DNA of 64,000 bases from Candidatus Nomurabacteria bacterium RIFCSPHIGHO2_02_FULL_42_19 (GCA_001785615.1 MFUG01000013.1:11006-75005); one strand, 5' to 3'; positions 1 through 9,708 are shown, numbered from the stretch's first letter. Notes: generated by a model from the letters alone, not told the origin. A program made the numbers and translations.

Positions 1-430
1 GAATTCATTGGCAAGCTCTATTTGCTCTACGAATGCTTGCTTTTGTTTAGAAATTGACTCGCTATCTAGCCGATAATAATCAAGTCCACACTCGCCTATG
101 GCTACTACCTTAGGATCTTTTAAAAGTTCTCTGTATTTATTTTTATCAAATATTTCCCCGCGTGAAGTAAATTCTTTGCCGCCTTCCCCTAATTCTTTAA
201 TATCATGAAACGAGGCGCCGGTATGTATCGGATGAAGTCCTACGATTGCGTACACACCTTTTTTATATTGATTCGCCATTTCAACCGCTTTAATAGAAGT
301 ATGCACTTGCGTGCCGACATTTATAACCCAAGTATCCCGCTCTAGCGCGCGTTTGATTACTTCCTCCCTATCCGCATCAAAAGCGGTAAAGTTGACATGG
401 GAGTGTATGTCTATATATTTTGGGGTCATA
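1..430 (-). CDS. TatD-family metal-dependent hydrolase (DNase). N-terminal part only; the C-terminus runs off the window edge
   Basis: Reverse translation from the ATG at 428-430 gives MTPKYIDIHSHVNF...VAIGECGLDYYR. The IDxHxH and GECGLD motifs are typical of TatD. It sits immediately downstream of metG, the conserved metG-tatD arrangement. Confidence 0.7.
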
Positions 431-1900
431 TTAGTCCTTGCGCAAAAATAACGGCTGGTCGGGTTTTTTGTTTTCTTTTATCAGTTTTTTAAGCAACTCA
501 TTAGTGCTAGGCATTATCGGATTTAGCATTCTAGCTATTTTATACAAGCGGATAACAGCGGAAGAAATTAATTCTTTCCCCTTTTTTTCGTCTACTTTTA
601 TAACCTTAAACGGTTCCGTTTCTTGAATAAATTTATCAAGTTCACTGATTTCTTTCCAAGTAAAATCCACTGCTTTATTAATTTCAAATTTATCCAAGTA
701 ATCTTTCCATTCTTGCGGGATAGAATGCTCTGGAATTTCTGGACACTTGTTTAAATACTTCTCGGATAAAGTTAAAATACGACTTACCAAATTCCCCAAC
801 CCATTTGCCAGATTCGCATTGTATGCCTCTTTAAACCTTTCCATAGTAAAAGGACTGTCTTCAAATGAAGAAATCTCACGCAAAAGAAAATAACGCAATG
901 CGTCTGTGCCATATTCTTTTACAACTTCTATAGGATCTATGCCATTCCCTAGGGATTTAGACATTTTTATTCCGCCCTCGCCGGTGATAAAACCGTGATA
1001 AACAATTGTGTCTGTAGTTGGCATTCCAACCGACATCAACATTCCCTGCCACATTACGGATTGGAATTTAACCATGTCTTTCCCAGCTATCTGAATTTTT
1101 TCTCCATTGACCCAGAACTTTTCAAAAAGACCCTCCCCTCCTGCCAGAGGAGGGGAGAGGGGATGGTGGGAGTCGGGCCAGCCCAAGGTGGAAAGATAAT
1201 TTACAAAAGCGCCAAACCATACATACATTACTTGGGCATCGTCCCCTGGTATCGGCACCCCCCAGGAAAAGCGTTTCTTGTCGCGGGAAATAGAAAAGTC
1301 CTCCATGCCTTCGGATACGAAATCAATTGCTTCACGCCGACGCCACTCTGGAAAAATTGCTTTTTCTTTTGCGAGATAATCTAAAAGCTGCTTTCTGTAA
1401 TTTGCTAATCTAAAAAAATAATTTTCTTCCTCCACCATCTCGGGCTTTTTATCCGGATGAAGTGAGCATTTTCCTTCCATTAGATCTTTTTCAGTAATAA
1501 ATTTTTCACATCCTACGCAATAAAGCCCTCTGTATTTTTTTTTATAAATATCACCCTTAGCGTCACAAAGACGCCAAAATTCCTGCGCTGCTTTCACGTG
1601 TTCTCCGCTTGTGGTTCTGATAAAATTATCGTAGGAGAGATTTAACACATCTTTCAGGCCCAGAAACTTCTCTGCATAAAAATCCACATAACTTTGCACA
1701 TCCTTGTCTTCCTTTAAACTTCCCTCCCAGATTTTTTGACCATATTCGTCTGTGCCAGTACTGAAAAATACATCGCGTCCTACTAGCCGCTGATATCGTG
1801 CCATCGCATCCGCTTGCACAAGCTCAAGCGCAAAGCCAATATGAGGATCCGCATTCACATATGGAATCGTGGTCGTAATGTAAAAACTATTTTTTTTCAT
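431..1900 (-). CDS. metG: Methionyl-tRNA synthetase
   Basis: Class I aaRS with the P-Y-V-N-A-D-P-H-I-G-F HIGH-type motif, KMSKS (KMSKSLGN) and a Zn knuckle (CVGCEKF). Confidence 0.9.
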   Translation of the reverse strand: MKKNSFYITTTIPYVNADPHIGFALELVQADAMARYQRLVGRDVFFSTGTDEYGQKIWEGSLKEDKDVQSYVDFYAEKFLGLKDVLNLSYDNFIRTTSGEHVKAAQEFWRLCDAKGDIYKKKYRGLYCVGCEKFITEKDLMEGKCSLHPDKKPEMVEEENYFFRLANYRKQLLDYLAKEKAIFPEWRRREAIDFVSEGMEDFSISRDKKRFSWGVPIPGDDAQVMYVWFGAFVNYLSTLGWPDSHHPLSPPLAGGEGLFEKFWVNGEKIQIAGKDMVKFQSVMWQGMLMSVGMPTTDTIVYHGFITGEGGIKMSKSLGNGIDPIEVVKEYGTDALRYFLLREISSFEDSPFTMERFKEAYNANLANGLGNLVSRILTLSEKYLNKCPEIPEHSIPQEWKDYLDKFEINKAVDFTWKEISELDKFIQETEPFKVIKVDEKKGKELISSAVIRLYKIARMLNPIMPSTNELLKKLIKENKKPDQPLFLRKD

Positions 1901-1903
1901 TCG

Positions 1904-2995
1904 TTATTTATCGTTGGTTTTGGTTAAAATTTTACGTTTCTCAATATCATTCGAGAGCTCCACTACCAGAATAGACAAGGGAATCGCCAATACTACTCCC
2001 CAGAAAGAGGCAAGTTCAAAACCAATTAAAGCGGCAAGAATTATGACGATAGGTGAAAGCCCTACCACTTTTTTGATAATTAAAGGAGCAAAAAGGAAGA
2101 CCTCAAATTGATGCACAATCAGGTAGGCCCCAGTTACCATTAGCGCGCTGCCAAGACCGCCGGAAAGATAAGAAAAGGAAATAGCGGGTATCAAAGCGAC
2201 GAGAATTCCATAGGGGATGAGTTCCATTATGCCGGCAATAATAGCCAGGAGCAGGGCATACTGTACCCCTAACAGAGAGAGCGTCAGATAAATCAGAACA
2301 CCGACGACCAAGCCAAGCAGAAGCTGACCCTTAACCCATAAAGCAATTTTGCGACTGGAGCGATTCCATAAATCCACCACATAATCCTCGTGTTTTATGG
2401 GTAAAATAACTCTTAAAAAATTTTCTATCCCTCTTTCTTGAATTGAAAGATAAAAAGAAATAAGAATAATCATGCCTACGTTGAAAATACTGCCGAAGGC
2501 CACGGAAAGTGTTTGGAAAAATCCACCGGAGAGATTTTCGATGAAGGCCTTGGACACCGCAGTCAGCGATGAAAACGATAAATTGTGTGATAAATTTGCG
2601 ACAATATCTTTGGCTCCAGAGAAGGCCTCGTTTTGAAAATAATTTAAAAAGTACACACCGGGAACGTAGGAAGAAAGGGCCGAGGAAAAATTATAAACTT
2701 CGGTGATTAAAAGTGGGGCGAAAAGATAAAATATTCCAGCCAGGGCAAGGATGGATACAGCGTATAAAAGAACTATGCCGAAAATTCTGCCGATTTTTAT
2801 TTTGCGGAAGTGAGGAACCGCTGATTCCACGAAAGAGGCAATGATAATAGAGGTTAGAATAATAAGGATTAGGTCTCGTAAGAACCAAAGCAAAAAGATG
2901 CCAAGAAGAACCAGGGCAGCTCGAACCATTGTCCCGGTAGTTATGGAAAAATGGGCTACATCATTTCTTTCTTGCATAGGAACATAATACCACAA
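1904..2995 (-). CDS. AI-2E (PerM/UPF0118) family membrane transporter
   Basis: 363 aa, about 8 TM helices. The hydrophobic pattern and length match AI-2E family permeases. No catalytic motif. Confidence 0.55.
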   Translation of the reverse strand: MWYYVPMQERNDVAHFSITTGTMVRAALVLLGIFLLWFLRDLILIILTSIIIASFVESAVPHFRKIKIGRIFGIVLLYAVSILALAGIFYLFAPLLITEVYNFSSALSSYVPGVYFLNYFQNEAFSGAKDIVANLSHNLSFSSLTAVSKAFIENLSGGFFQTLSVAFGSIFNVGMIILISFYLSIQERGIENFLRVILPIKHEDYVVDLWNRSSRKIALWVKGQLLLGLVVGVLIYLTLSLLGVQYALLLAIIAGIMELIPYGILVALIPAISFSYLSGGLGSALMVTGAYLIVHQFEVFLFAPLIIKKVVGLSPIVIILAALIGFELASFWGVVLAIPLSILVVELSNDIEKRKILTKTNDK

Positions 2996-3020
2996 ATATT
3001 ACAGATGAAAAGCAAACAAA

Positions 3021-4289
3021 CTAAAACTTTAGTTTTCTCAAAAACTTGGATTTTTTCTTAAAAGGTCCAATGAGCGCCAGATTAAGTTTGTTATTCTTGA
3101 AAATGTGCTGGGCTAGAGTTTTTATTTGGCTAGCGGTAACACGGCGTATTTTATCTATTTTGTCTTCTGCATTTTTTGTTTCGCGTTTTAATAGTTCCTG
3201 CCCTCCATAAAAATTGGCGATGTCATCAGTGGACTCAAGCGAGAGCTTCAGGTTGCCTATCAGGCATTCTTTTACCTTATTTAATTCTTCCTCTTCTACT
3301 TTGTAAATTTTTAGCTTCCGACATTCCTCTAGTACTGCCTTTATCACTTCGGCTATCCTTTTATTATCCACTCCGGCAGAAATTTGAAAAAATCCGTGGT
3401 CAGTATAAGCGTCGTTATACGCGCGAACATAATATCCTACTCCCATCTCCTCGCGTAATTTTTGAAAAAGTCGGGAGCTCATTCCGCCACCCAAAATTCC
3501 GCCTAATACTGAAAGTATTGCGCTTTTTTTGCTAAACAAATCATGGGTGCGTACGCCCAACACGAAATGTGTTTGGTCTGTTTTCTTGAATTTAACTAGG
3601 GCGCATGGCTTTTTCTGTATTTCTTTCACTTTAACTTTTTTTGCTTTTTTCCCACGGGAAACATTATCAAAAATCTTTTTTATTTCTTTCAGCACTTCCT
3701 TTTCATTCACCTGCCCGACCACTACGATCACCGTGGCCTCCGGTAGATAGTGCTCTTCTTTATAGCGCACAAAATCATCCCGTTTCATTCTGAAAATATT
3801 TTTTTTAGAACCGGCAATATTCCAGCCCGCTGGCTGATCGCCATAAAGTAGTTTCATGACCAGGTCCTGCACATGTCGGTTCGGCATATCTTCATACATA
3901 TTTATCTCTTCAATGATTACTCCTTTCTCCTTTTCTATTTCTTGTTCTGGGAAAGTGGAATTAAGATAGACATCTGAAACAACATCCAGAATTTGCTTAA
4001 AATGCTTCGCATCGGACTTGGCATAGTAACCTGTATATTCTTGGGCGGTAAAAGCATTATATTCACTCCCTAGGGCGTCTAATTCTTTGGAAATGTCTAT
4101 CGCTTTGGGCCTGCGGAGTGTTCCCTTAAAACACATATGTTCTAAAAAGTGGGAGATGCCGTTTAATTTTTTCGTTTCGTACTTGCTGCCCGCTTCCACC
4201 AAAACCAAGACCGTCACCGTCGGATTATCCTGCATCGGAATAGTTACCACCCGCAGTCCGTTTTTAAGAGTTGTTTTTGAGAATCCCAT
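3021..4289 (-). CDS. M16 (pitrilysin/insulinase) family zinc peptidase
   Basis: Inverted zinc-binding motif HFLEH (HxxEH) near the N-terminus. 422 aa with the M16 two-lobe layout. Confidence 0.8.
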   Translation of the reverse strand: MGFSKTTLKNGLRVVTIPMQDNPTVTVLVLVEAGSKYETKKLNGISHFLEHMCFKGTLRRPKAIDISKELDALGSEYNAFTAQEYTGYYAKSDAKHFKQILDVVSDVYLNSTFPEQEIEKEKGVIIEEINMYEDMPNRHVQDLVMKLLYGDQPAGWNIAGSKKNIFRMKRDDFVRYKEEHYLPEATVIVVVGQVNEKEVLKEIKKIFDNVSRGKKAKKVKVKEIQKKPCALVKFKKTDQTHFVLGVRTHDLFSKKSAILSVLGGILGGGMSSRLFQKLREEMGVGYYVRAYNDAYTDHGFFQISAGVDNKRIAEVIKAVLEECRKLKIYKVEEEELNKVKECLIGNLKLSLESTDDIANFYGGQELLKRETKNAEDKIDKIRRVTASQIKTLAQHIFKNNKLNLALIGPFKKKSKFLRKLKF

Positions 4290-4326
4290 CGTTAAAATAT
4301 ATCACGCCATATAAATCTTCACAATA

Positions 4327-4363
4327 ATTGCCTATTTTTACGCTATAGCGTAATTATAAGCAA
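4327..4363. repeat. Family-1 palindromic repeat, copy a (attgcctatttttacgctatagcgtaattataagcaa). Contains a perfect 16-bp palindrome, ttacgctatagcgtaa
   Basis: 34/37 identical to the copy at 4972-5008. Abuts the stop of ORF 4368..4970. Confidence 0.85.
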
Positions 4364-4367
4364 TAAT

Positions 4368-4970
4368 CTAACAAGGTAGGTTAAAAACTTCTCGAATGCG
4401 CCTATCATTTTCAATACTGTCAGCAATAACATAGAGGAGATCCTTGCCAATTTTAAAGTCTGCCTTGAGAAGCATTACCAGATCTTCGCAGTCGTAGGGG
4501 AAAATCCACACACTATCTTGTAAATAATGAAACCCGATTTGCTTAAGTGTGCTACGTATTTTTTCACGCGTATTTTTTCTTTTCTCTTTTACGTCAAATA
4601 TAAGCATTCTCCACTTCCCATCCCAGCGCCTTGGCCTCTCGAATTGATAATCCTTTAATTCAAATTGGCGAAGCTTCGCCTCTCCTTTTGGGGTCAAACG
4701 AGCGAAGGTTCCATTTTCCGTTTGCTCAAAAATTATCAATCCTTCATTTTTTAGCCTATTCCAGGATCGATTAACAGAATATTTACCGAATTTATTCTTC
4801 ATAAATTGCGGCTCGATTTGAGCTAGAACTTTCGTCATCTTTGGGGCTACTAAAGCAACACTCAACCCACCCAAGGCAAATACTGTGCTTAAAATTGCCT
4901 TTTGAATATTTGCCTTTTTTGAGCGTTTTCTTGAAGCTTTTTCTAACTGCCCCATGTAATCATAATACAC
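4368..4970 (-). CDS. PaaX-like small protein: N-terminal winged-HTH-like region plus C-terminal Cas2/VapD-like motif. Paralog 1 of 4
   Basis: C-terminal motif WRMLIFDVKEKRKNTREKIRSTLKQIGFHYLQDSVWIFPY follows the Cas2 pattern hhYD-x-R-R-x-L-x-G-x-Q-SVF. Paralogous to 17789..18352, 9235..9708 and 27139..27636. Alternative start GTG at 4970 or ATG at 4955. Confidence 0.5.
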   Translation of the reverse strand: MYYDYMGQLEKASRKRSKKANIQKAILSTVFALGGLSVALVAPKMTKVLAQIEPQFMKNKFGKYSVNRSWNRLKNEGLIIFEQTENGTFARLTPKGEAKLRQFELKDYQFERPRRWDGKWRMLIFDVKEKRKNTREKIRSTLKQIGFHYLQDSVWIFPYDCEDLVMLLKADFKIGKDLLYVIADSIENDRRIREVFNLPC

Positions 4971-4971
4971 T

Positions 4972-5008
4972 ATTGCCTATTTTTACGCTATAGCATAATT
5001 ATAGACAA
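4972..5008. repeat. Family-1 palindromic repeat, copy b
   Basis: Direct repeat of 4327-4363 (34/37 identical). Abuts the start codon of ORF 4368..4970. Confidence 0.85.
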
Positions 5009-5037
5009 CAAGTTTTATAACTTGCCTTTATATAATT

Positions 5038-5295
5038 TCAAGAAATTCGGTAACCCAAAAATTCATAATCTAAAATATCGGTAGAATATTCTTCTTTTAT
5101 TTCTTTCTTAAGAGTGTTCTCAATAGTATCCCCAAACTCGACTCCCCCGCCGCCGGGATCCCAGGTCCCTTTTTCGTCTCTGGAATTTTGTCCTCTTTTA
5201 CTTAAAAGAACATTTTTTTTCCCGTCATGGCAAAAGTAAACTACTGCAATTCCGGTATAATCTTCACCTCTTTTCATATTAGATTTTTTCTTCAA
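5038..5295 (-). pseudogene. NUDIX hydrolase, C-terminally truncated (85 aa)
   Basis: The Nudix box GGGVEFGDTIENTLKKEIKEE is present, but the ORF stops only 18 aa after it. The missing ~50 aa would lie where the family-1 repeat-flanked module now sits. Confidence 0.5.
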
Positions 5296-6532
5296 TATAT
5301 TTTACTAGGTCAGAAACCTTTATTCGCTCTTGTAGGGCAGTATCGCGGTCGCGGATGGTGACAGTATCGTCTTTCAGCGTGTCAAAATCAATGACGATGC
5401 AGTAAGGGGTGCCGATTTCGTCCTGCCGACGATAACGCTTGCCGATATTGCCGTTATCGTCCCAGGCCACGCGACCGAATTCGGCCTTGAGGGGCGCATA
5501 GACCTTGGTATTGGCATATTCTACTAACTCGGGTTTATTCTTTAGAAGTGGCGAGACGGCGCAAATAACTGGCGCCATGTTGGGTTTAAACTTGAGATAC
5601 ACTCTGGGGCCGTCCTTTTCGCCTGCCCCGTTGGAAACTTGCTTTCCTTCGGGGTCTTCTTTATAAGCAGAAAGAAGAAGCGCGAGAACTGCGCGATCCA
5701 CCCCGAAAGTTGGCTCAATTACATGTGGTACTATTTTTTCATTTTTCTCTTCATCAATGTAATCAAGCTTATGATTACTTAAATCAAAATTCGTTCGGTA
5801 AGCCAGGCCGAAAAGTTCTTTACGTCCGAAAGGATAATCGAATTCAAAGTCAGTCGTTCTTTTGGAATAATGTGCTCTCTCCCCATTCGGAACCTCAAGT
5901 TCGTGCACTTTTGTCATATCAATGCCTATTTCTTTCATCCATTCAAGCATTTCATCCTTCCAGTATTCAAAATATTTTTCCCATTCGGATGCTCTTACAA
6001 AATATTCTATTTCCATCTGTTCAAACTCACGCTGACGAAAAAGAAAATCGCGAGGAGCGATTTCATTTCGGAAGGCCTTACCTATTTGGGCAATACCGAA
6101 AGGTAGCTTGGGATGATGGGCGTCAATTAGGTTCTTGAAATTTACAAAAATCCCCTGTGCGGTTTCCGGGCGTAAATAGGAGGTAATAGCTTCTTCGCCT
6201 GCCCCCACTTGGGTTTGAAACATTTCGTTAAATTTTTTACCCTCGGGGGTTGTGCTTAAAAACCCGGCTACGTGACCCGAAGCAACCCAAACTTTTGGAT
6301 TAAAAATGATGGAAGAATTCAGGCCATACATATCACGCCTGGAATCAACAAACTTTTTCCACCAAGAATTTTTTATATTGTTTTGCAACGCAAGACCGTA
6401 ATGTCCATAATCGTAAAAACCGGCCAGTCCTCCATAAATTTCCGAACTCTGGAAAACAAAACCGCGCCTTTTGCAAAGCGAAACAATTTTCTCCATTAGA
6501 TTGTCATCAGTTTTTGACATATTTTTATTCAA
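5279..6532 (-). CDS. glyQS: Glycyl-tRNA synthetase, dimeric class II type
   Basis: The N-terminus FQSSEIYGGLAGFYDYGHYG and the class II core motifs match GlyRS (alpha2 type). Confidence 0.85.
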   Translation of the reverse strand: MNKNMSKTDDNLMEKIVSLCKRRGFVFQSSEIYGGLAGFYDYGHYGLALQNNIKNSWWKKFVDSRRDMYGLNSSIIFNPKVWVASGHVAGFLSTTPEGKKFNEMFQTQVGAGEEAITSYLRPETAQGIFVNFKNLIDAHHPKLPFGIAQIGKAFRNEIAPRDFLFRQREFEQMEIEYFVRASEWEKYFEYWKDEMLEWMKEIGIDMTKVHELEVPNGERAHYSKRTTDFEFDYPFGRKELFGLAYRTNFDLSNHKLDYIDEEKNEKIVPHVIEPTFGVDRAVLALLLSAYKEDPEGKQVSNGAGEKDGPRVYLKFKPNMAPVICAVSPLLKNKPELVEYANTKVYAPLKAEFGRVAWDDNGNIGKRYRRQDEIGTPYCIVIDFDTLKDDTVTIRDRDTALQERIKVSDLVKYIEEKI

Positions 6533-8456
6533 CTACCCGGTCTCCGTTCGACGGGAAAGCGGAATCATTTACCAGCCGAGTATTAAGCGATGCTTTATTA
6601 ACTCTGATATCCAGATTAGCAAAATCGTCGTGCCCAGTCAAAGTTGCGTCGTTTATAATAACAGGAATGGTATTAACTTGAGACAACGAAGGGATAAAGG
6701 TGACAACAAAAGAGACCTCCTTGCCGGTAGTTGTGATCCCTGTTCCCCTCGGAATATTGCCTATATTCCAGATTATTTCTTTGGTTGAAGAATTATAAAT
6801 TAAATCCTCCGACGAAGGAGAAAATTTTCCTGCAAAATTTATCCACGGGGGAAGGGTAGAGCGTACGGACGCTTTAGAAATATTGTTGGCGGTATTAGAA
6901 AGAGACCACGCCACAGTATAAGTCGTTTCTTCTTCGGCCTTGGGGGGAATAGCTCCGGTATTCTTAAAAGGTCCGGAAAAATAAAGCGCTTTCGCGGCCA
7001 GTCCCGTATCAGAAATAATTTTAATTACCGAGGATTCTTTGTTGCCCAGGTCTTTGGATTCATACCCGGCGAGCGTTTGCTGCCCTGAAATATCTACGTC
7101 AATATTTATAGAAGGGTTAGCCAGCATGCCACTTGAGGCAGAAAATAGGGAGAGGGAGGAAATAGAAAAACTCACTGATCCAGAATCCCCCGGGTCTATT
7201 TCCTTAAATCTACTAATGGAATTTTTGTCCCAAATAATTACATCTTCGGATGAATTATAAAAGCCCTGCTTGGCAAAGATGGTTTTGCGATTGACCGCAT
7301 TCCCAGAAATTTTCGCGCGAATTTCCAGATCACTTATCTTGGTATCCAAGTTGTTGGTAAAACGAACTTCGGCATTAATGGGGGTACCAGAATAGCTAGA
7401 ATATTCTCTTTGACTTGCACCATCGATAAAAAACTTCGCCTCAATAAGAGGTTTTTTAATAACGACTGTCTGCTTTAAGGAGTTGAAAACGGTGCCAATA
7501 GTGGACTTGTCGGCAGCGGATTGTGACCCGCTCCAAACGTGAAAGGTTTTTTCTTCACCGTCAAAAACATCCAATATCTTGCCTTCGACGTAAATATTTT
7601 TGTCTGCCCCAGGAGCCAGATCCCCTAAGTCCCAAATATTATTGCCAAATGAGGGGGCCGGCGTTGCCTTGGTAAATTGAAAACCGACAGGATAATCAAG
7701 CCGCAGAAGCATCTTGGCCGCCGGCCGCGTAGCGTTCAGTGTGGCTTTTACTTTCAGGGTCATATTTTGATTTGGGCTTACGGAAGTCGGAAGATCCAGT
7801 GAAAGATTTATCGGGGTAGAGTTTATAGTTACTTCATATGATTTTTCCTTTACGAAAATAGCGTTGGATCCTTCTACCCGATACTCAATAGAAATTTTAA
7901 TGGGGCGAATACTGCCTTGTTCGCCAAAAAGAACTACTCTTACATTTTCATTTCTAATTACTCCCGGCGGAATAGTGCCTAGGGACTCGCGGATGCGTTC
8001 TGTTTCCGACCCCAGATTGACTTCTGAATTTTTGGGGTATTCCACAACCAGGTCGACAAGTTCCAGCGCCGAGGTATTTCTATTGGTTATACCAATCTGT
8101 AACGGTAGTTCTTCTCCGCCAGCAGTAAAAGCATTTCCCAGAATAGAGATATCTATGTTGTTGTTGGAAACGGTATTGCTTTCAACAAAAAACATGTAGG
8201 AGGCATATCCGACAGCCAAAATAAAAAAACCTACAGAAAAAATGAAAAACTTCTTAAAGAGAGACGTTTTTATAAAAAATTTTTCCCCTAAATCTTGCGC
8301 CACCCGTCCGCTAGTCCTCCAAACGTCCGGAACGTCCTTCGTTTCTAAGGGAGTAAAATTATCTCGATGCTCTACCTTTGTTTTATAACTTTTACTGAAA
8401 AGTTTGCTTTTTAGTTCTTCTATTCTGTTTAATTTATCTCCATCGCCTGATACCAT
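6525..8456 (-). CDS. Large membrane-anchored surface protein with a beta-rich repetitive ectodomain
   Basis: 643 aa. Cytoplasmic N-terminus of ~70 aa, then a single TM helix (FFIFSVGFFILAVGYASYMFF), then a long Ser/Thr/Asn-rich extracellular region. No recognised catalytic motif. Confidence 0.5.
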   Translation of the reverse strand: MVSGDGDKLNRIEELKSKLFSKSYKTKVEHRDNFTPLETKDVPDVWRTSGRVAQDLGEKFFIKTSLFKKFFIFSVGFFILAVGYASYMFFVESNTVSNNNIDISILGNAFTAGGEELPLQIGITNRNTSALELVDLVVEYPKNSEVNLGSETERIRESLGTIPPGVIRNENVRVVLFGEQGSIRPIKISIEYRVEGSNAIFVKEKSYEVTINSTPINLSLDLPTSVSPNQNMTLKVKATLNATRPAAKMLLRLDYPVGFQFTKATPAPSFGNNIWDLGDLAPGADKNIYVEGKILDVFDGEEKTFHVWSGSQSAADKSTIGTVFNSLKQTVVIKKPLIEAKFFIDGASQREYSSYSGTPINAEVRFTNNLDTKISDLEIRAKISGNAVNRKTIFAKQGFYNSSEDVIIWDKNSISRFKEIDPGDSGSVSFSISSLSLFSASSGMLANPSINIDVDISGQQTLAGYESKDLGNKESSVIKIISDTGLAAKALYFSGPFKNTGAIPPKAEEETTYTVAWSLSNTANNISKASVRSTLPPWINFAGKFSPSSEDLIYNSSTKEIIWNIGNIPRGTGITTTGKEVSFVVTFIPSLSQVNTIPVIINDATLTGHDDFANLDIRVNKASLNTRLVNDSAFPSNGDRVVE

Positions 8457-8512
8457 CCCTTTATTATACCATCCCGAACGAGATTGAGAAAATCTCTGAC
8501 GGGACAGGCATT

Positions 8513-9043
8513 TTATAAATGTGTTTCTTTCAGAACTCGATTTATTAAAGAGACCGCTTGGGCTTTGTTCCTGGCCTCGTATCCTCCCTCAACATAACCA
8601 AGTTTCTCTAAAATACCTAGGACAAGGGTTATTTCATAATCTTCAAATTCTTCCTGGGAGTGCGCATTCTCAACACTCGACAACCCCATAATTATTTCCT
8701 TAAACAATGGCTCATTCGCCTCCGTCCCGGGCAGTAAGCGTTTAAGTAGACGAGAGACATTGCTAAAAATTTTTAAACTTTCCCGTTTTTTGGTAATATT
8801 TTCCAGATAGCTTGTTTTTTCCGCAGTGGTAATACGCCAGAAGTCCTTACCTTGCACTAGGTCAATTTTTAAGTAAGCGAAATCCTGCAGCACAAAACGA
8901 AGTTTCGAGGACATTTTGCGCACGCCCGAGGCCGAAGCATAGATCATCCCGAGATCGCGAGTGAAAACGTAATAATACCTCCCCGCCTCTCCAAAATTTT
9001 TACTCCCCAATATTATCCCCTCGGTGTGGTAAATGTGATGCAT
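8513..9043 (-). CDS. recO: RecO-like recombination mediator, short form
   Basis: N-terminal OB-fold pattern TEGIILGSKNFGEAGRYYYVFTRDLGMIYASASGVRK and the later ITLVLGILEKLGY resemble RecO. The C-terminal Zn-finger region is absent. Confidence 0.5.
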   Translation of the reverse strand: MHHIYHTEGIILGSKNFGEAGRYYYVFTRDLGMIYASASGVRKMSSKLRFVLQDFAYLKIDLVQGKDFWRITTAEKTSYLENITKKRESLKIFSNVSRLLKRLLPGTEANEPLFKEIIMGLSSVENAHSQEEFEDYEITLVLGILEKLGYVEGGYEARNKAQAVSLINRVLKETHL

Positions 9044-9201
9044 GATTAGGGTAGCTTAACTAAATGCCAAGACCAATTTTCTAGAAAAAGGGTCTTTCGC
9101 TCTGCTCGCCCATGACTCTGTATATTTATTATAATAACTTAAATTTCTTTTGACTTCCTTCCTCATATATTTATTTTATCATATTCCTTCTCAGTTTATC
9201 T

Positions 9202-9241
9202 AACATAACACTACATCGCGACCGCGATAGATTGTTATGTT
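9202..9241. repeat. Family-3 palindromic repeat, copy a (aacataacactacatcgcgaccgcgatagattgttatgtt)
   Basis: Imperfect palindrome with outer arms aacataaca/tgttatgtt and core tcgcgaccgcga. Overlaps the stop of ORF 9235..9708. Shares the core and outer arms with 9718-9753. Confidence 0.75.
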
Positions 9242-9708
9242 GCTTTTCTAACCCTAAACACACGGATGTTTTCATAAATACCAAGAACTCTCAACCTCTC
9301 ACCAAATTCTTTTGGTAGAGGACCATGACCAAGCCATAAGCTTTTATGAATCATCTCAAAATCCCAATATTTTATCTGATTGCGGAGCCAGTCCCTAGTT
9401 TTTTTCTTGGTTTCAGGTATATCAAAAGATAGCAACACTCTTTCGGTCTTGCCTGGATAAATATTTTTCATCACCGAGTTATTCTTTACGGCAAGTTTAG
9501 CTAAATCCTCTCGACAAATATGAATGGTCTCGCCGTCTGTCTCAACAACCCCCTGCTTTCCTAACCGATAAATGCGTTGCCGAAAAGCTTCCGGAGTTAG
9601 GTTTTTTTGCCTTGCTCGCATTCTTTTCCACAACATCTTCCTGTATATTTTTGTTGAACGAGAAGACAGTAAAAATGCTATTAAGTGATCTACTATCGTC
9701 GGTTGCAT
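9235..9708 (-). CDS. PaaX-like/Cas2-like-motif small protein, paralog (subfamily B)
   Basis: C-terminal motif VLLSFDIPETKKKTRDWLRNQIKYWDFEMIHKSLWLG. Closest to 27139..27636 (shared FDIPE-K-R-WLR-I-KS-W-G-PLP-EF). Confidence 0.5.
   Translation of the reverse strand: MQPTIVDHLIAFLLSSRSTKIYRKMLWKRMRARQKNLTPEAFRQRIYRLGKQGVVETDGETIHICREDLAKLAVKNNSVMKNIYPGKTERVLLSFDIPETKKKTRDWLRNQIKYWDFEMIHKSLWLGHGPLPKEFGERLRVLGIYENIRVFRVRKAT

Noticed and set aside
438-626. Numerous 60-150-aa ORFs on the opposite strand inside long genes (for example 438..626, 995..1384, 3176..3535, 5710..6138, 11460..11747, 37465..37953, 59675..60145)
   Set aside because: They are fully embedded antisense to well-supported conserved genes and have low-complexity translations. 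Treated as spurious.
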